A stretch of DNA of 63,998 nt, counting the filler. It is 4 parts of 4 records of this genome, joined end to end, with 100 filler letters (N's around TTAATTAATTAA, not from the genome) between each part and the next. Parts side by side here need not be neighbours in the genome. Positions count along the whole stretch, not along the records: positions 33,215 to 58,578 come from SRR20825006_28; 3 more parts are not named here. One strand, written 5' to 3'. The translations under genes and the position numbers were made by a program. Positions 39,332 through 49,480 of this stretch are shown piece after piece (position 1 is the first letter of the stretch; every line of letters starts with the position of its first letter). The notes beneath the pieces are model-generated. The model worked only from the letters and a program-made list of their open reading frames with translations. It had not been told where the DNA came from and did not search any database.

Positions 39332-40836
39332 ACTTCTGAGGTTTGTTGTTGTCCATCCTTTTTCGAAAAGAAGAATAGACTTAGAAAAATAATAACTGCG
39401 TTCAAAATAATAATTTCAAAACCAAAAACATACATTCCAAAAATTCCTGGCTCACCCTTTTCTACACCTGGCGATCCACATGAATAATACCAAAGTAGAA
39501 CGGTTACGAGTGTTGAAAAAAGAGAAATAAACGGAACGGTGACATCGCGGAGTTTTCTCTTGGTTAAAATCCCGAAGAAAAATAGTCCAATGAGCGGTCC
39601 GTAGGTGAATCCAGCAAATTTCATCAATAGATCAATTGCCGAAGAGTTCGTGTATTCCTTGAGTAAAAGAATCGTCAGAATCACCACAATTGACATTCCA
39701 ATGTGTACCTTTTTACGCAGACCTTCTTGCCGTTCCTTTGGTTTTTTCTTGATATTTAAAAAATCGACTGAAAAAGAAGTCGTTAATGCCGTTAATGCAG
39801 AATCTGCGCTAGAATAAGCTGCGGCAATCAGCCCAAGTAAAAAGAGGACGCCAACCACTGGTCCCATTCCATCACTCATTGCGATGGATGAAAACAACAA
39901 ATCAGAACTGGCATACTCAATTTCAGGATGTTGAGCGGCATACATATACAAAAGGGCACCAAGTCCGAGGAAAATCAGGTTAACAAATACAAGCACACTC
40001 GCCATTGTAATCATGTTCTTTTGGGCATCTCCGATATTTCGGCAACTCAAGTTTTTCTGCATCATGTCCTGATCAAGTCCCGTCATTCCAATAGTAATAA
40101 ACACGCCGCCTAAAAAGTGTTTAATGAAGTGATTACTACTATTAAAATCATCAAAAAAGAAAATCTTCGAATACTGACTTTCTGCAACGGCTCCTACAAT
40201 TCCTTTATTCGGTGGTAAATCGAGTGCGTTACTGATCAGATAAACCGTGATGAACACTGATAACAGCATGAAAAGCGTTTGCAGCGTATCCGTCCACACA
40301 ATTGTTTTGATTCCACCTCTGCTGGTATAAATCCAGATCAGCACAACGGAAATGACCACTGTGAATTCAAACTTAACTCCCCAACTTTCGAAGAGAATGG
40401 ATTGTAACACAATCGCAACCAAAAGCAAACGGATCGAGGAGCCAACAAGTCGAGAAATTAAAAAGAAGAAAGCGCCTGTTTTGTAGCTCCAAAAACCAAA
40501 GCGTTGCTCTAAATATTCATAAATGGAAGTCAGATTAAGTCGATAATACAGTGGTAACAGAACATACGCCACAATCAGATAGCCAAAGAAATAACCAAAC
40601 GCCATCTGCATATAGCTGAATTGATTACTCGCATTTCCAACCCAACCAGGAATCGAGAGAAACGTAACTCCGCTCAACGAAGCACCGATCATTCCGAAGG
40701 AAACTAAATACCATGGAGACTTTCGCTCTCCCAAAAAGAAACTGTCATTTGTCGCCTTTTTGGACGTTAGAAACGAAATTCCAACGAGTACCGCAAAATA
40801 GAGCACAATGACCGTAACAATAAGTGTACTTGACAT
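39328..40836 (-). CDS. Sodium:solute symporter
   Basis: FFLGERKSPWY, SIYEYLEQRFG, GGIKTIVWTD, GLDQDMMQK; about 13 TMs. Confidence 0.92.
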   Translation of the reverse strand: MSSTLIVTVIVLYFAVLVGISFLTSKKATNDSFFLGERKSPWYLVSFGMIGASLSGVTFLSIPGWVGNASNQFSYMQMAFGYFFGYLIVAYVLLPLYYRLNLTSIYEYLEQRFGFWSYKTGAFFFLISRLVGSSIRLLLVAIVLQSILFESWGVKFEFTVVISVVLIWIYTSRGGIKTIVWTDTLQTLFMLLSVFITVYLISNALDLPPNKGIVGAVAESQYSKIFFFDDFNSSNHFIKHFLGGVFITIGMTGLDQDMMQKNLSCRNIGDAQKNMITMASVLVFVNLIFLGLGALLYMYAAQHPEIEYASSDLLFSSIAMSDGMGPVVGVLFLLGLIAAAYSSADSALTALTTSFSVDFLNIKKKPKERQEGLRKKVHIGMSIVVILTILLLKEYTNSSAIDLLMKFAGFTYGPLIGLFFFGILTKRKLRDVTVPFISLFSTLVTVLLWYYSCGSPGVEKGEPGIFGMYVFGFEIIILNAVIIFLSLFFFSKKDGQQQTSEV

Positions 40837-40924
40837 AAATTCTTTGATTACACGCTAAATTTAGTAATACTTATGATGAAATCGAATTTATGAAGACATT
40901 CATTATCTTCGGATTTTAAAGAAA

Positions 40925-41464
40925 ATGAAATACATAAATATTAACGAAGGTTTAACGAATAATTACCTAGTTCACGCAGTTTTCGGCTGTCTTCTTTCCA
41001 TTCCAATTGTATTATATCTTCCTTTTTTAGGCTCTCCCCTATTGATTCTCTCCACAGCGTGGTTTGCGGCTACAAACGGACTCGAAATTTCATCCGACAC
41101 CCGAAAATATAGGCGATATGCTGGATATTTAGGTTTGAAATTGGGAAAATGGAAAGAATTCGGCACTCCTCAACAAGCGATTTTAGTAATCTCCAGCGAA
41201 ACAAATAAAATGCTCGGAAGAGTTGCCAAAAGTTTCCCTTATTTCATGGCCAGTTCATTCTATGGAGAGGCAGGCAAAACGAGAGTACTTACCTATGACA
41301 TAATTGTTTACTTCGAGAACGGAGAGAAAAAACGCATCTACGATTTCATGAGCTATGAAAATGCACACAAAGCACTTTCTGCAATGGAAACAACTTTAGG
41401 AATTCCCGTTGAAGATCGAGTGACAGAAAAGACTTCTCAAAACAGAAATAGACGGAGAAGATAA
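40925..41464 (+). CDS. Hypothetical membrane protein
   Basis: Two N-terminal TM segments followed by a soluble domain. Confidence 0.7.
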   Translation: MKYININEGLTNNYLVHAVFGCLLSIPIVLYLPFLGSPLLILSTAWFAATNGLEISSDTRKYRRYAGYLGLKLGKWKEFGTPQQAILVISSETNKMLGRVAKSFPYFMASSFYGEAGKTRVLTYDIIVYFENGEKKRIYDFMSYENAHKALSAMETTLGIPVEDRVTEKTSQNRNRRRR

Positions 41465-41532
41465 ATCCACACGTCAAGTTTGTTACTTTCATCCATTGAA
41501 GAATTCTATATTTGTACCGAAAGAAAAAAACT

Positions 41533-42057
41533 ATGGATCAAATACTGTTTCAAATTGCGTTGATTGTGCTTCCAGCAGGAGCCGTTTTATTCACGACTGT
41601 CTATTTTTTGCGCAGAGAAACTGGCAGAGAGTATAGAGTCGCTCAAATTGAACTAAAGCGTGAACGGCAGCAATTTTTCTTACCAAATCGTGTTGAGGCA
41701 TATCAACGAGCGATTTTATTGTTAGAAAGAATTCATCCAAACAGTTTGGTGATGCGTCATCATAATCCGGGTTTACCAGCAATGGCGATGCAAGCAAAGT
41801 TGATGGAATCCATTCGTGAGGAATTTGAACACAACATAGCTCAGCAGTTATTTATCTCACCAGATGCTTGGGACTTGGTAAAAAAATCCAAAGAAGAAAC
41901 GTTGAAAGTGATCAATTTAGCTGGACAACAAATGGAACCAACATCGATGGCGATGGATCTATCTGCGAAAATCTTCGAGATTGTTGGTGAAGTTGGAGCG
42001 ATGCCTACGGAAATAGCTGTTGACGCACTTAAGAAAGAACTTCAACAACTGTTCTAG
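41533..42057 (+). CDS. Conserved Bacteroidota membrane-anchored hypothetical protein
   Basis: Single TM, AYQRAILLLERI, IREEFEHNIAQQLFIS. Confidence 0.75.
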   Translation: MDQILFQIALIVLPAGAVLFTTVYFLRRETGREYRVAQIELKRERQQFFLPNRVEAYQRAILLLERIHPNSLVMRHHNPGLPAMAMQAKLMESIREEFEHNIAQQLFISPDAWDLVKKSKEETLKVINLAGQQMEPTSMAMDLSAKIFEIVGEVGAMPTEIAVDALKKELQQLF

Positions 42058-42094
42058 AACAAAAACCCTTTAAATAGGGCTGTTACGTCCGTAA

Positions 42095-42304
42095 TTACAC
42101 CAATTTAATTATCAAGTCGTCGAGTTCAATTTTATCGCCAGGAACAAGTTTCGCACGTTTTCTTAGCTCTACTTCCCCGTTTCTGATGACTACACCGTCG
42201 TCTACAATCATTTTTGCGTGACCTCCAGTTTCTGCAATTCCCATTGCTTTCAACAACTGAATTAGTTCGATGTAATCTCCTGTAATTTTAAACTCTTCCT
42301 GCAT
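42095..42304 (-). CDS. S4-domain RNA-binding protein (YaaA/YbcJ-like)
   Basis: YIELIQLLK..G..ETGGHAK, NGEVELRKRAKL. Confidence 0.9.
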   Translation of the reverse strand: MQEEFKITGDYIELIQLLKAMGIAETGGHAKMIVDDGVVIRNGEVELRKRAKLVPGDKIELDDLIIKLV

Positions 42305-43331
42305 TCTTTCTATAAATTTCGTAAAGCATTTCGGCCGCCTGAAAAGAAGTTAGTGAGCCGCTTAACATCTCCCCTTCTTTATCTTTCAATTCCTTCATCA
42401 TTTCTTCACTGTTAAAGAACCCACTTAAAATAAGGTCTTTCAGTGTTTCATTCAGCCATTTTTTATCCTGTTTGGCACGATTCTCAAGGAAACTCCCATT
42501 CAGTTTCAATTGGTTTTCAAACGAAAGAATCGTTGTTTCCACCTTCTCAATATTTTCTCCTGTATATGAACTACATGTAAACACTTTTGGAATCCAACCG
42601 TTCGAATTTGGGGCAAAAAGATGCATGGCATTTTTATATTCACACGCGGCCATTTGTGCTTTTTTCTCGTTATCGCCGTCAGCTTTTGTGATCACCAGCG
42701 CATCCGCCATTTCCATAATGCCTTTTTTAATTCCTTGAAGCTGATCTCCAGCACCAGAAAGCATCAATAACAGGAAAAAATCTACCATTGATTTCACCAC
42801 TGTTTCAGATTGTCCTACGCCTACAGTTTCGATTAAAATGGTATCAAATCCAGCTGCCTCGCAAAGCAAAATAGTTTCTCGGGTTTTCCGAGCAACACCA
42901 CCTAAGGTCTCACCCGCCGCCGAAGGACGAATAAACACATTCTCCGTCACCGCAAGCTCATTCATTCGTGTTTTGTCACCCAGAATACTTCCTCCTGAAA
43001 TTCCCGAAGAAGGGTCAACTGCTAAGACAGCTATTTTTCTTTTGGACTGAATTAAATGCTTCCCAAAAGACTCTATAAATGTACTTTTCCCAACCCCTGG
43101 AACACCTGTTATTCCCACTCGAATTGAATCTCCAGAAAACGGCAGGCACAATTGAATTAACTCATTGGCATGTTTTCGGTGATCAGGATGTTGACTCTCA
43201 ATTAACGTAATCGCCTCACTTAAAGCCGTTAGATTTCCAGATCGAATTCCAAGGAAAAGTTTATTTGGTGCCATTCGATTACGACGTTCCTTCCTCTTTT
43301 CTATCCAATCTGTAAGTTTCTTCTCCTGCAT
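42288..43331 (-). CDS. meaB: Methylmalonyl-CoA mutase-associated GTPase
   Basis: GITGVPGVGKST, AVDPSS, GSILGDKTRM, ETVGVGQSE, TKADG. Confidence 0.95.
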   Translation of the reverse strand: MQEKKLTDWIEKRKERRNRMAPNKLFLGIRSGNLTALSEAITLIESQHPDHRKHANELIQLCLPFSGDSIRVGITGVPGVGKSTFIESFGKHLIQSKRKIAVLAVDPSSGISGGSILGDKTRMNELAVTENVFIRPSAAGETLGGVARKTRETILLCEAAGFDTILIETVGVGQSETVVKSMVDFFLLLMLSGAGDQLQGIKKGIMEMADALVITKADGDNEKKAQMAACEYKNAMHLFAPNSNGWIPKVFTCSSYTGENIEKVETTILSFENQLKLNGSFLENRAKQDKKWLNETLKDLILSGFFNSEEMMKELKDKEGEMLSGSLTSFQAAEMLYEIYRKNAGRV

Positions 43332-43392
43332 TTAGACCATTTTCGATTTAAAGATAGAGCAAACTAAAGAATCTACGGTTTTTTTGTAGTTT

Positions 43393-43422
43393 TGTTTAAT
43401 ATTTTCTTAATAAGGTTAAACG
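43393..43422. promoter_or_regulatory. Candidate operator of the CarH/LitR-like regulator (autoregulatory site)
   Basis: TGTTTAA-N16-TTAAACG overlapping the -7 element TAGTTTTG (43387-43394). Confidence 0.6.
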
Positions 43423-43429
43423 CGTACAA

Positions 43430-44296
43430 ATGGCAACGTATTCCATTAAAGATTTAGAGAACTACACTCAAATCAAAGCACATACGCTGAGAATTTGGGA
43501 ACAGCGATATAACATCCTTACGCCAAAGCGGACAAACACCAATATTCGATACTACTCTGAAAAAGATTTAAAAAAGCTATTGAACGTCAACTTGTTATAC
43601 ACAAACGGGTTAAAAATCTCCAAGATTGCGAAGTTAAGTGAAGAAGCTATTTTAGAGCAGGTTAAACACCTCATCGAAAAACACCACTCTGATGATAGAC
43701 CAGAAATAGATGCATTGATTATCTCGATAATGGCTATGGAAAGTAATGAAATTCAAACCCAGGTGAATTCATACTTCGCAAAATTCGGGATTGAAAAAAT
43801 GTACCAAGAGATCATTGTACCTGTTTTAATAAAGATTGGAAAACTCTGGCAAGTAAATGCCCTTTCCGTTGCACACGAGCATCTTTTCTCTAACATTATT
43901 CGCAACTTTCTCATTGTGAAAATCGACGGGTTGGAAATCAATTCTCCTAACGGACAAAAAGCATTACTGTTTCTTCATGAAAACGAAGAGCATGAATTGA
44001 GTTTACTTTTTTACCATTTTTTAATGAAAAGAGCAGGTTTCAACTGCACATATCTCGGCGCAAAAGTTCCGATGAACGATTTAAAAAGTTCGGTGGAGCA
44101 TATCAAGCCCGATATTATGGTTACTAACATGATTACCAAGATTGAACAGTCTGAAGTAATCGAATTTTTCAACCAATTAACTACTTTTTTCGACCTAAAA
44201 AACATCCGTGTTGGCGGTTATCAATCTCAAGTCTACGAGGACGTAATCCCTAAGAAGATCACCCTCATTAATTCTGAAAACCAACTCACTCTGTAG
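43430..44296 (+). CDS. MerR-HTH, B12-binding regulator (CarH/LitR-like)
   Basis: HTLRIWEQRY HTH; W-x9-EH (WQVNALSVAHEH); ExHxxS (EEHELS); YLG; directly upstream of crt genes. Confidence 0.88.
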   Translation: MATYSIKDLENYTQIKAHTLRIWEQRYNILTPKRTNTNIRYYSEKDLKKLLNVNLLYTNGLKISKIAKLSEEAILEQVKHLIEKHHSDDRPEIDALIISIMAMESNEIQTQVNSYFAKFGIEKMYQEIIVPVLIKIGKLWQVNALSVAHEHLFSNIIRNFLIVKIDGLEINSPNGQKALLFLHENEEHELSLLFYHFLMKRAGFNCTYLGAKVPMNDLKSSVEHIKPDIMVTNMITKIEQSEVIEFFNQLTTFFDLKNIRVGGYQSQVYEDVIPKKITLINSENQLTL

Positions 44297-44299
44297 TAC

Positions 44300-44355
44300 T
44301 GTTTAACATTTAATTTAAAAGATTAAACATTTTGTAAATTCTTTCTATATATTTG
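44300..44355 (+). promoter_or_regulatory. crt operon promoter with candidate operator
   Basis: TGTTTAA-N16-TTAAACA (44300-44329) and -7 element TATATTTG (44348-44355). Confidence 0.6.
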
Positions 44356-44373
44356 TAGAAAGCAATAACTCAG

Positions 44374-45837
44374 TTGAAAAAAATAGGAATCATAGGTGCT
44401 GGTCTTTCAAGCCTTTACGCTTCGTGCTATCTAGCAAAGAAGGGTTACACGGTTGAAGTTTTTGAAAAAAACAGTATGTCTGGCGGGCGATCTCAAGTGT
44501 TCAATTCGCATGGATTTACCTTCGACATGGGGCCTTCTTGGTATTGGATGCCCGACTTGATTGATAAGTTATTCTCTGATCTTGACGAAAACAGAGACGA
44601 TTATTTTAGCCTTTTTCGTCTTGCTCCTGGCTACCAAGTTTTCTGGAAAGATGGTACAAAAACTGCCGTACCTGCGAACAGTTCTGAAGTAAGCACTCTC
44701 TTTGAATCTCTAGAATTGGGTGGAGGAAAAAGTGTGACGGAATTTCTATCAGCCGCAAAGGTGAAATACGACATTGCTACTGAATCATTCTTAGAAAACC
44801 CGGGACTTAAATGGTCCGAATTATTTAAGCTAAGCGTCCTCAAAGATGCGATGAAACTGGATGTTTTTAAATCTGTTGAAAAGGACGTATCCAATCGTTT
44901 TAAGTCAGAAAAAGCTCAATCAATTTTAAATTTCCCTGTGCTCTTTCTTGGTGAAATGTCTAGTAACATTCCTTCGCTCTATACGTTAATGAATTACGCG
45001 GATTTAGAACTGGGCACATGGTATCCAGAAGGTGGAATGCGTGCAATAGCTATCGCATTAGAAAAAATCGCACTCAATCTCAACGTCAAATTCCATTTTA
45101 ATTCTCCTGTTGAAGCCATTGAAGTAAAAAACAACGCAGCAAGCGGTTTGAAAGTAAATGGAGAAATCGTTGAATTTGACGCCATTGTTGGTGGTGGAGA
45201 TTACCATCATATCGAACAATCGCTGATTCCAAAAGAATATCGTCGCTATGACGAAACTTATTGGGATACTCGGAAATTAGCCCCAAGTTCCCTGATTTTT
45301 TATCTCGGAATAAATAAAAAAATACCAGGTTTAGAGCATCATAATCTGTTCTTTGATGAAGATTTGTCGCAGCACGGAAAGGAAATTTATGATCATCCTC
45401 AGTGGCCGTCAAAACCACTCTTCTACGCGTGTGCTCCTTCAAAAACGGATAAAGATGTTGCTCCAGATGGACAGGAGAATATTTTTATTCTCATGCCAAT
45501 AGCTCCAAATTTAGAAGATGAAGAAAAACTGAGAGAATCATATTTTAATCTTATATTAGAGAGGATGGAAAAGCATTGCAAAACACCTATTAAAGAGCAT
45601 GTTGTCTTCAAGAGGTCGTTTTGTGTAAGTGATTTCAAGTCGGAATACAACTCATATAAAGGAAACGCTTATGGCTTGGCAAACACCATTCGACAAACGG
45701 CTAATTTAAAACCCAAAATGACCTCAAAGCTAAAAAACGTGTTTTTCTGTGGACAGTTAACGGTTCCAGGGCCAGGAATTCCACCTGCGTTAATTTCGGG
45801 GAAAATTGCCGCTAAACAATTAATTAAGACATTATGA
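44374..45837 (+). CDS. crtI: Phytoene desaturase
   Basis: GAGLS dinucleotide motif, FDMGPSWYWMPD, GNAYGLANT, GQLTVPGPGIPP. Confidence 0.93.
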   Translation: MKKIGIIGAGLSSLYASCYLAKKGYTVEVFEKNSMSGGRSQVFNSHGFTFDMGPSWYWMPDLIDKLFSDLDENRDDYFSLFRLAPGYQVFWKDGTKTAVPANSSEVSTLFESLELGGGKSVTEFLSAAKVKYDIATESFLENPGLKWSELFKLSVLKDAMKLDVFKSVEKDVSNRFKSEKAQSILNFPVLFLGEMSSNIPSLYTLMNYADLELGTWYPEGGMRAIAIALEKIALNLNVKFHFNSPVEAIEVKNNAASGLKVNGEIVEFDAIVGGGDYHHIEQSLIPKEYRRYDETYWDTRKLAPSSLIFYLGINKKIPGLEHHNLFFDEDLSQHGKEIYDHPQWPSKPLFYACAPSKTDKDVAPDGQENIFILMPIAPNLEDEEKLRESYFNLILERMEKHCKTPIKEHVVFKRSFCVSDFKSEYNSYKGNAYGLANTIRQTANLKPKMTSKLKNVFFCGQLTVPGPGIPPALISGKIAAKQLIKTL

Positions 45838-46670
45838 AACAGTTATTTGACACGTTTTCCTACACTGCTTCGAAAAATGTCACAAAGGCATATAGCACGT
45901 CATTTTACGCTGGAGTTAAATGTCTCGACAAATCGATTCGTGATGACATTCATGCAATTTACGGACTGGTTCGTCTTGCAGACGAAATTGTTGATACTTT
46001 TCATGACTTCGATAAGGAGGCTTTACTCGCCGAATTCCACAAGGAAACATTCGATTCTATTCAGCGTGGAATTTCGCTCAACCCTATTTTAAATTCATTT
46101 CAATCCACAGTGAATAAATACCAGATTGATCATGCGTTGATTAATCAATTCTTCCACAGTATGAAAATGGATTTAAGTCCTCAAGAATACGATCAAGATA
46201 AATACGAAGAATATATTCTTGGTTCAGCGGAGGTCGTTGGTTTAATGTGTTTAAAAATATTTGTCTACGGCGATGAATCCGAATATCAACGTTTGAAGTC
46301 GAGTGCTATGAAGCTTGGTTCGGCATTTCAGAAAATTAATTTTTTACGCGATTTAAAGGATGATTTTCATGAATTGGGACGCATCTACTTCCCTGAAATT
46401 AAAGCCAACAACATTACTATCACCGATAAACAACGTATAGAGGCGGAAATTGAAGAAGAATTTAAAGAAGCGTACATTGGAATCAAACAATTACCGAAAT
46501 CATCACGATTTGGGGTATATGTAAGCTATGTTTATTACACAAAACTGCTGAGAAAAATTAAACGGAAAACTGCTCAAGATTTGATGGAAAATAGAATTCG
46601 TGTTCCAAATAACACTAAACTGATCATCTTTGCTAAATCGTATGTACAAAACTCAATGAATCTGCTATAA
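45834..46670 (+). CDS. crtB: Phytoene synthase
   Basis: YSTSF, ADEIVD, GSAEVVGLMC, NFLRDLKDD. Confidence 0.95.
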   Translation: MKQLFDTFSYTASKNVTKAYSTSFYAGVKCLDKSIRDDIHAIYGLVRLADEIVDTFHDFDKEALLAEFHKETFDSIQRGISLNPILNSFQSTVNKYQIDHALINQFFHSMKMDLSPQEYDQDKYEEYILGSAEVVGLMCLKIFVYGDESEYQRLKSSAMKLGSAFQKINFLRDLKDDFHELGRIYFPEIKANNITITDKQRIEAEIEEEFKEAYIGIKQLPKSSRFGVYVSYVYYTKLLRKIKRKTAQDLMENRIRVPNNTKLIIFAKSYVQNSMNLL

Positions 46671-46673
46671 ACT

Positions 46674-47195
46674 ATGGAAAACGTCATTTTAGTCAACGAA
46701 AAAGACGAAGTTATTGGTGAAATGGAAAAGATGGAGGCTCACCAAAAAGGTCTTCTTCATCGTGCATTTTCGATATTTGTTTTTAATGATAACAACGAGA
46801 TGTTACTGCAAAAACGAGCAAGTTCTAAGTACCATTCTGGTGGATTATGGTCGAACACCTGCTGTAGCCACCCAAGATTAGGAGAAACAGAGGTTATTGC
46901 GGGTGAGCGCAGACTTCACGAGGAACTTGGTTTTTCTGTTCATTTGACCAATGTTTTTTCATTCACCTACAAAGCGAAACTAGACAACGATCTCACAGAA
47001 CATGAATTTGATCACGTGCTCGTCGGTCAATTCAACGATGCCCCCACACCAAATCCTGATGAAGTTGAAGACTGGAAATACGTTTCCATTGATTGGTTAG
47101 AAACGGATATCGAAGAGCGTCCTGAGGAATATACAGTTTGGTTTAAAGTAATTTTCCCAAAAGTAAAATCCCTTTTGATCGCCTCCACAACATGA
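46674..47195 (+). CDS. idi: Isopentenyl-diphosphate isomerase type 1
   Basis: HRAFS, WSNTCCSHP, EHEFDHV. Confidence 0.96.
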   Translation: MENVILVNEKDEVIGEMEKMEAHQKGLLHRAFSIFVFNDNNEMLLQKRASSKYHSGGLWSNTCCSHPRLGETEVIAGERRLHEELGFSVHLTNVFSFTYKAKLDNDLTEHEFDHVLVGQFNDAPTPNPDEVEDWKYVSIDWLETDIEERPEEYTVWFKVIFPKVKSLLIASTT

Positions 47196-47830
47196 ACAAG
47201 AACGGCGTATTTTTAAAGAATCGGAGAGATTTAATCTTCATTCTTATTTTAATTGTATTTCACACAGTTGGACTTGTTTTAATGAGTCTAAATCAAGCCG
47301 AGGGAGCAAAACTCTCCTACTTGAATCTTCTTCTCTGCGGAATCCTTGTCTTTCTTAGTGAAAGTTCCCCAAAAAGGGTAATAGTTCCATTATTCATTAT
47401 TTCCATTGGTGGTTATCTATTAGAGATCGTTGGAATTCACACTCAAATTCTTTTTGGAGATTATTCTTATGGTGAATCACTTGGAACAAAGCTGTTCGAC
47501 GTCCCATTGATCATTAGCCTGAACTGGTACATTATTGTTGTCGTGTCGGCCAATGTCGCTCGCCTGTTTAAAATGAATACTCTACTTTCTGCACTTTTCG
47601 CTGGACTTCTTTGCGTATTTCTGGATGTATTAATAGAACCCGTTGCCATTAAGCTGGATTATTGGAACTGGACGGATGGAACCATTCCCTTCTATAATTA
47701 TTTCTGTTGGTTTGTTTTCTCGGTCCTTTTTAGCTTCATTTACCTCAAGTATTCATCGCAACGAAATTTACCAGCTCAAATTTTGTTCGGAATTTGGGTG
47801 ATATTTTTCACAATTCTTAACTTAGCGTGA
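47192..47830 (+). CDS. cruF: Carotenoid 1,2-hydratase (CruF family)
   Basis: EIVGIHT..FGDYSYG, VPLIISLNW, DVLIEPVA..YWNW, PFYNY. Confidence 0.8.
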   Translation: MNKNGVFLKNRRDLIFILILIVFHTVGLVLMSLNQAEGAKLSYLNLLLCGILVFLSESSPKRVIVPLFIISIGGYLLEIVGIHTQILFGDYSYGESLGTKLFDVPLIISLNWYIIVVVSANVARLFKMNTLLSALFAGLLCVFLDVLIEPVAIKLDYWNWTDGTIPFYNYFCWFVFSVLFSFIYLKYSSQRNLPAQILFGIWVIFFTILNLA

Positions 47831-48268
47831 ATGATAATCGTTTTAGCATTAATTCTAGCTTTTTGCCTGATGGAACTCGCGGCTTGGTCCGCACACAAGT
47901 ACCTCATGCACGGTCTGTTGTGGAAGGTGCATGAAGATCATCATCAACCAACTGATAGTGTTTTTCAAAAAAACGATCTCTTCTTTCTAATTTTCGCGGT
48001 CCCTTCTTGGTTATGCATCATGCTCGGATTTATTTATCAAGTAGATTTCTCGATTGGTTTTGGCTTTGGAATTGCCGCATACGGACTCGTTTACTTTTTG
48101 GTACATGATGTTTTGATTCATCGCAGATTCAAGTGGTTTGACAATACAAACAATTCATATTTCAAAGCGATTCGTAAGGCCCACAAAGTTCACCATAAAA
48201 ACCAATACAAGGAAAAGGGCGAATGTTTCGGAATGCTTGTAGTTCCACGGAAATATTTCAATAAATGA
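47831..48268 (+). CDS. crtZ: Beta-carotene hydroxylase
   Basis: HKYLMHG, HEDHH, HDVLIH, HKVHH His boxes. Confidence 0.9.
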   Translation: MIIVLALILAFCLMELAAWSAHKYLMHGLLWKVHEDHHQPTDSVFQKNDLFFLIFAVPSWLCIMLGFIYQVDFSIGFGFGIAAYGLVYFLVHDVLIHRRFKWFDNTNNSYFKAIRKAHKVHHKNQYKEKGECFGMLVVPRKYFNK

Positions 48269-48948
48269 AATTCCTCTACCTTTTTCTTGATTTGTTCGTT
48301 TTTCTCGGACCATTTGCACTTAGTTTTGATAAAAAAGTTCATTACGTCGGTCGCTGGAAATCGGTTTTCCTATCTACGTTATTAATTGCTGTTCCTTTTC
48401 TTATTTGGGATTTTTATTTTACAGAGCATGGATTCTGGGGATTCAATCCAGATTATTTAGTCGGGATCAATATTGGAAACCTTCCTATCGAAGAGGTACT
48501 CTTTTTTGTCGTTGTTCCGTTCGCTTGCACGTTCATCTACGAATGCTGTAAATATTATTTTCAGAATACGAATTTTGACCGTCTGGACATGCTCGTGAAA
48601 ATAGTGATTCCATCCTACGCTCTATTTCTTTCCCTAGTTAATGCAGAAACAGGATGGTATACCATTTCCGTCATTCTTACTTCTGGACTCACCTTAATCT
48701 GGTGGCTAAAGAATCCACAAATTCGTTTTGTAGGAATTTCTTTTTTGATCAGCTTAGTCCCATTTCTACTCATAAATGGCGTTTTAACAGGCGCAGTTAC
48801 CGACGCTCCAATTGTGTGGTACAATGAATTCGAAAAAATACCTTTTAGAATCTATACCATTCCTTTCGAAGATGTGCTTTACAGTTTCACCCTAATTGTT
48901 TCCGTAATTCTACTTCACGAATTTTTTCAAAAGAAGCTGAAACTATGA
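48265..48948 (+). CDS. crtY: Lycopene cyclase (fused CrtYc/d membrane type)
   Basis: Two repeats ending PIEEVLFF and PFEDVLY; hydrophobic. Confidence 0.85.
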   Translation: MKFLYLFLDLFVFLGPFALSFDKKVHYVGRWKSVFLSTLLIAVPFLIWDFYFTEHGFWGFNPDYLVGINIGNLPIEEVLFFVVVPFACTFIYECCKYYFQNTNFDRLDMLVKIVIPSYALFLSLVNAETGWYTISVILTSGLTLIWWLKNPQIRFVGISFLISLVPFLLINGVLTGAVTDAPIVWYNEFEKIPFRIYTIPFEDVLYSFTLIVSVILLHEFFQKKLKL

Positions 48949-49442
48949 TCAAAATTGGTTTATTGTCTGATACACACGGTTATCTCGACCCAAAAGTGTT
49001 TCACTATTTTGAAGAAGTAGATGAAGTATGGCACGCCGGAGATGTTGGTTCCACGGATGTCATAGATCAATTACGAGCCTTTAAACCAACGATTGGAGTT
49101 TACGGCAACATTGATGATCAATCCGTTCGCCAAGAATTCCCTGAATTTCAATCTTTTCAGCGGGAAGGTGTAAAAATCCTCATAACGCACATTGGTGGAA
49201 GACCAGGCAAGTATAGTAAACCAGCGCATGATGCAATTGAAAAAGAACGTCCCAATTTATTTGTTTGTGGACACTCGCATATTTTATTAGTCAAAAATGA
49301 TCCGCAAATGAAAATGCTGTGCATGAATCCTGGAGCTTGCGGATTTAAAGGATTTCACCAAGTAAAAACCCTATTGAGGTTTTCCATTTCCGCCGACAAA
49401 ATTCACGATTTGGAAGTTATTGAAATAGGAAAACGTATTTAG
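48945..49442 (+). CDS. YfcE-like metallophosphoesterase
   Basis: SDTH, HAGD, GNID, GHSH, NPG. Confidence 0.9.
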   Translation: MIKIGLLSDTHGYLDPKVFHYFEEVDEVWHAGDVGSTDVIDQLRAFKPTIGVYGNIDDQSVRQEFPEFQSFQREGVKILITHIGGRPGKYSKPAHDAIEKERPNLFVCGHSHILLVKNDPQMKMLCMNPGACGFKGFHQVKTLLRFSISADKIHDLEVIEIGKRI

Positions 49443-49480
49443 GATAAAATTTTTAACGATACATTACGTTACATCTGCGT

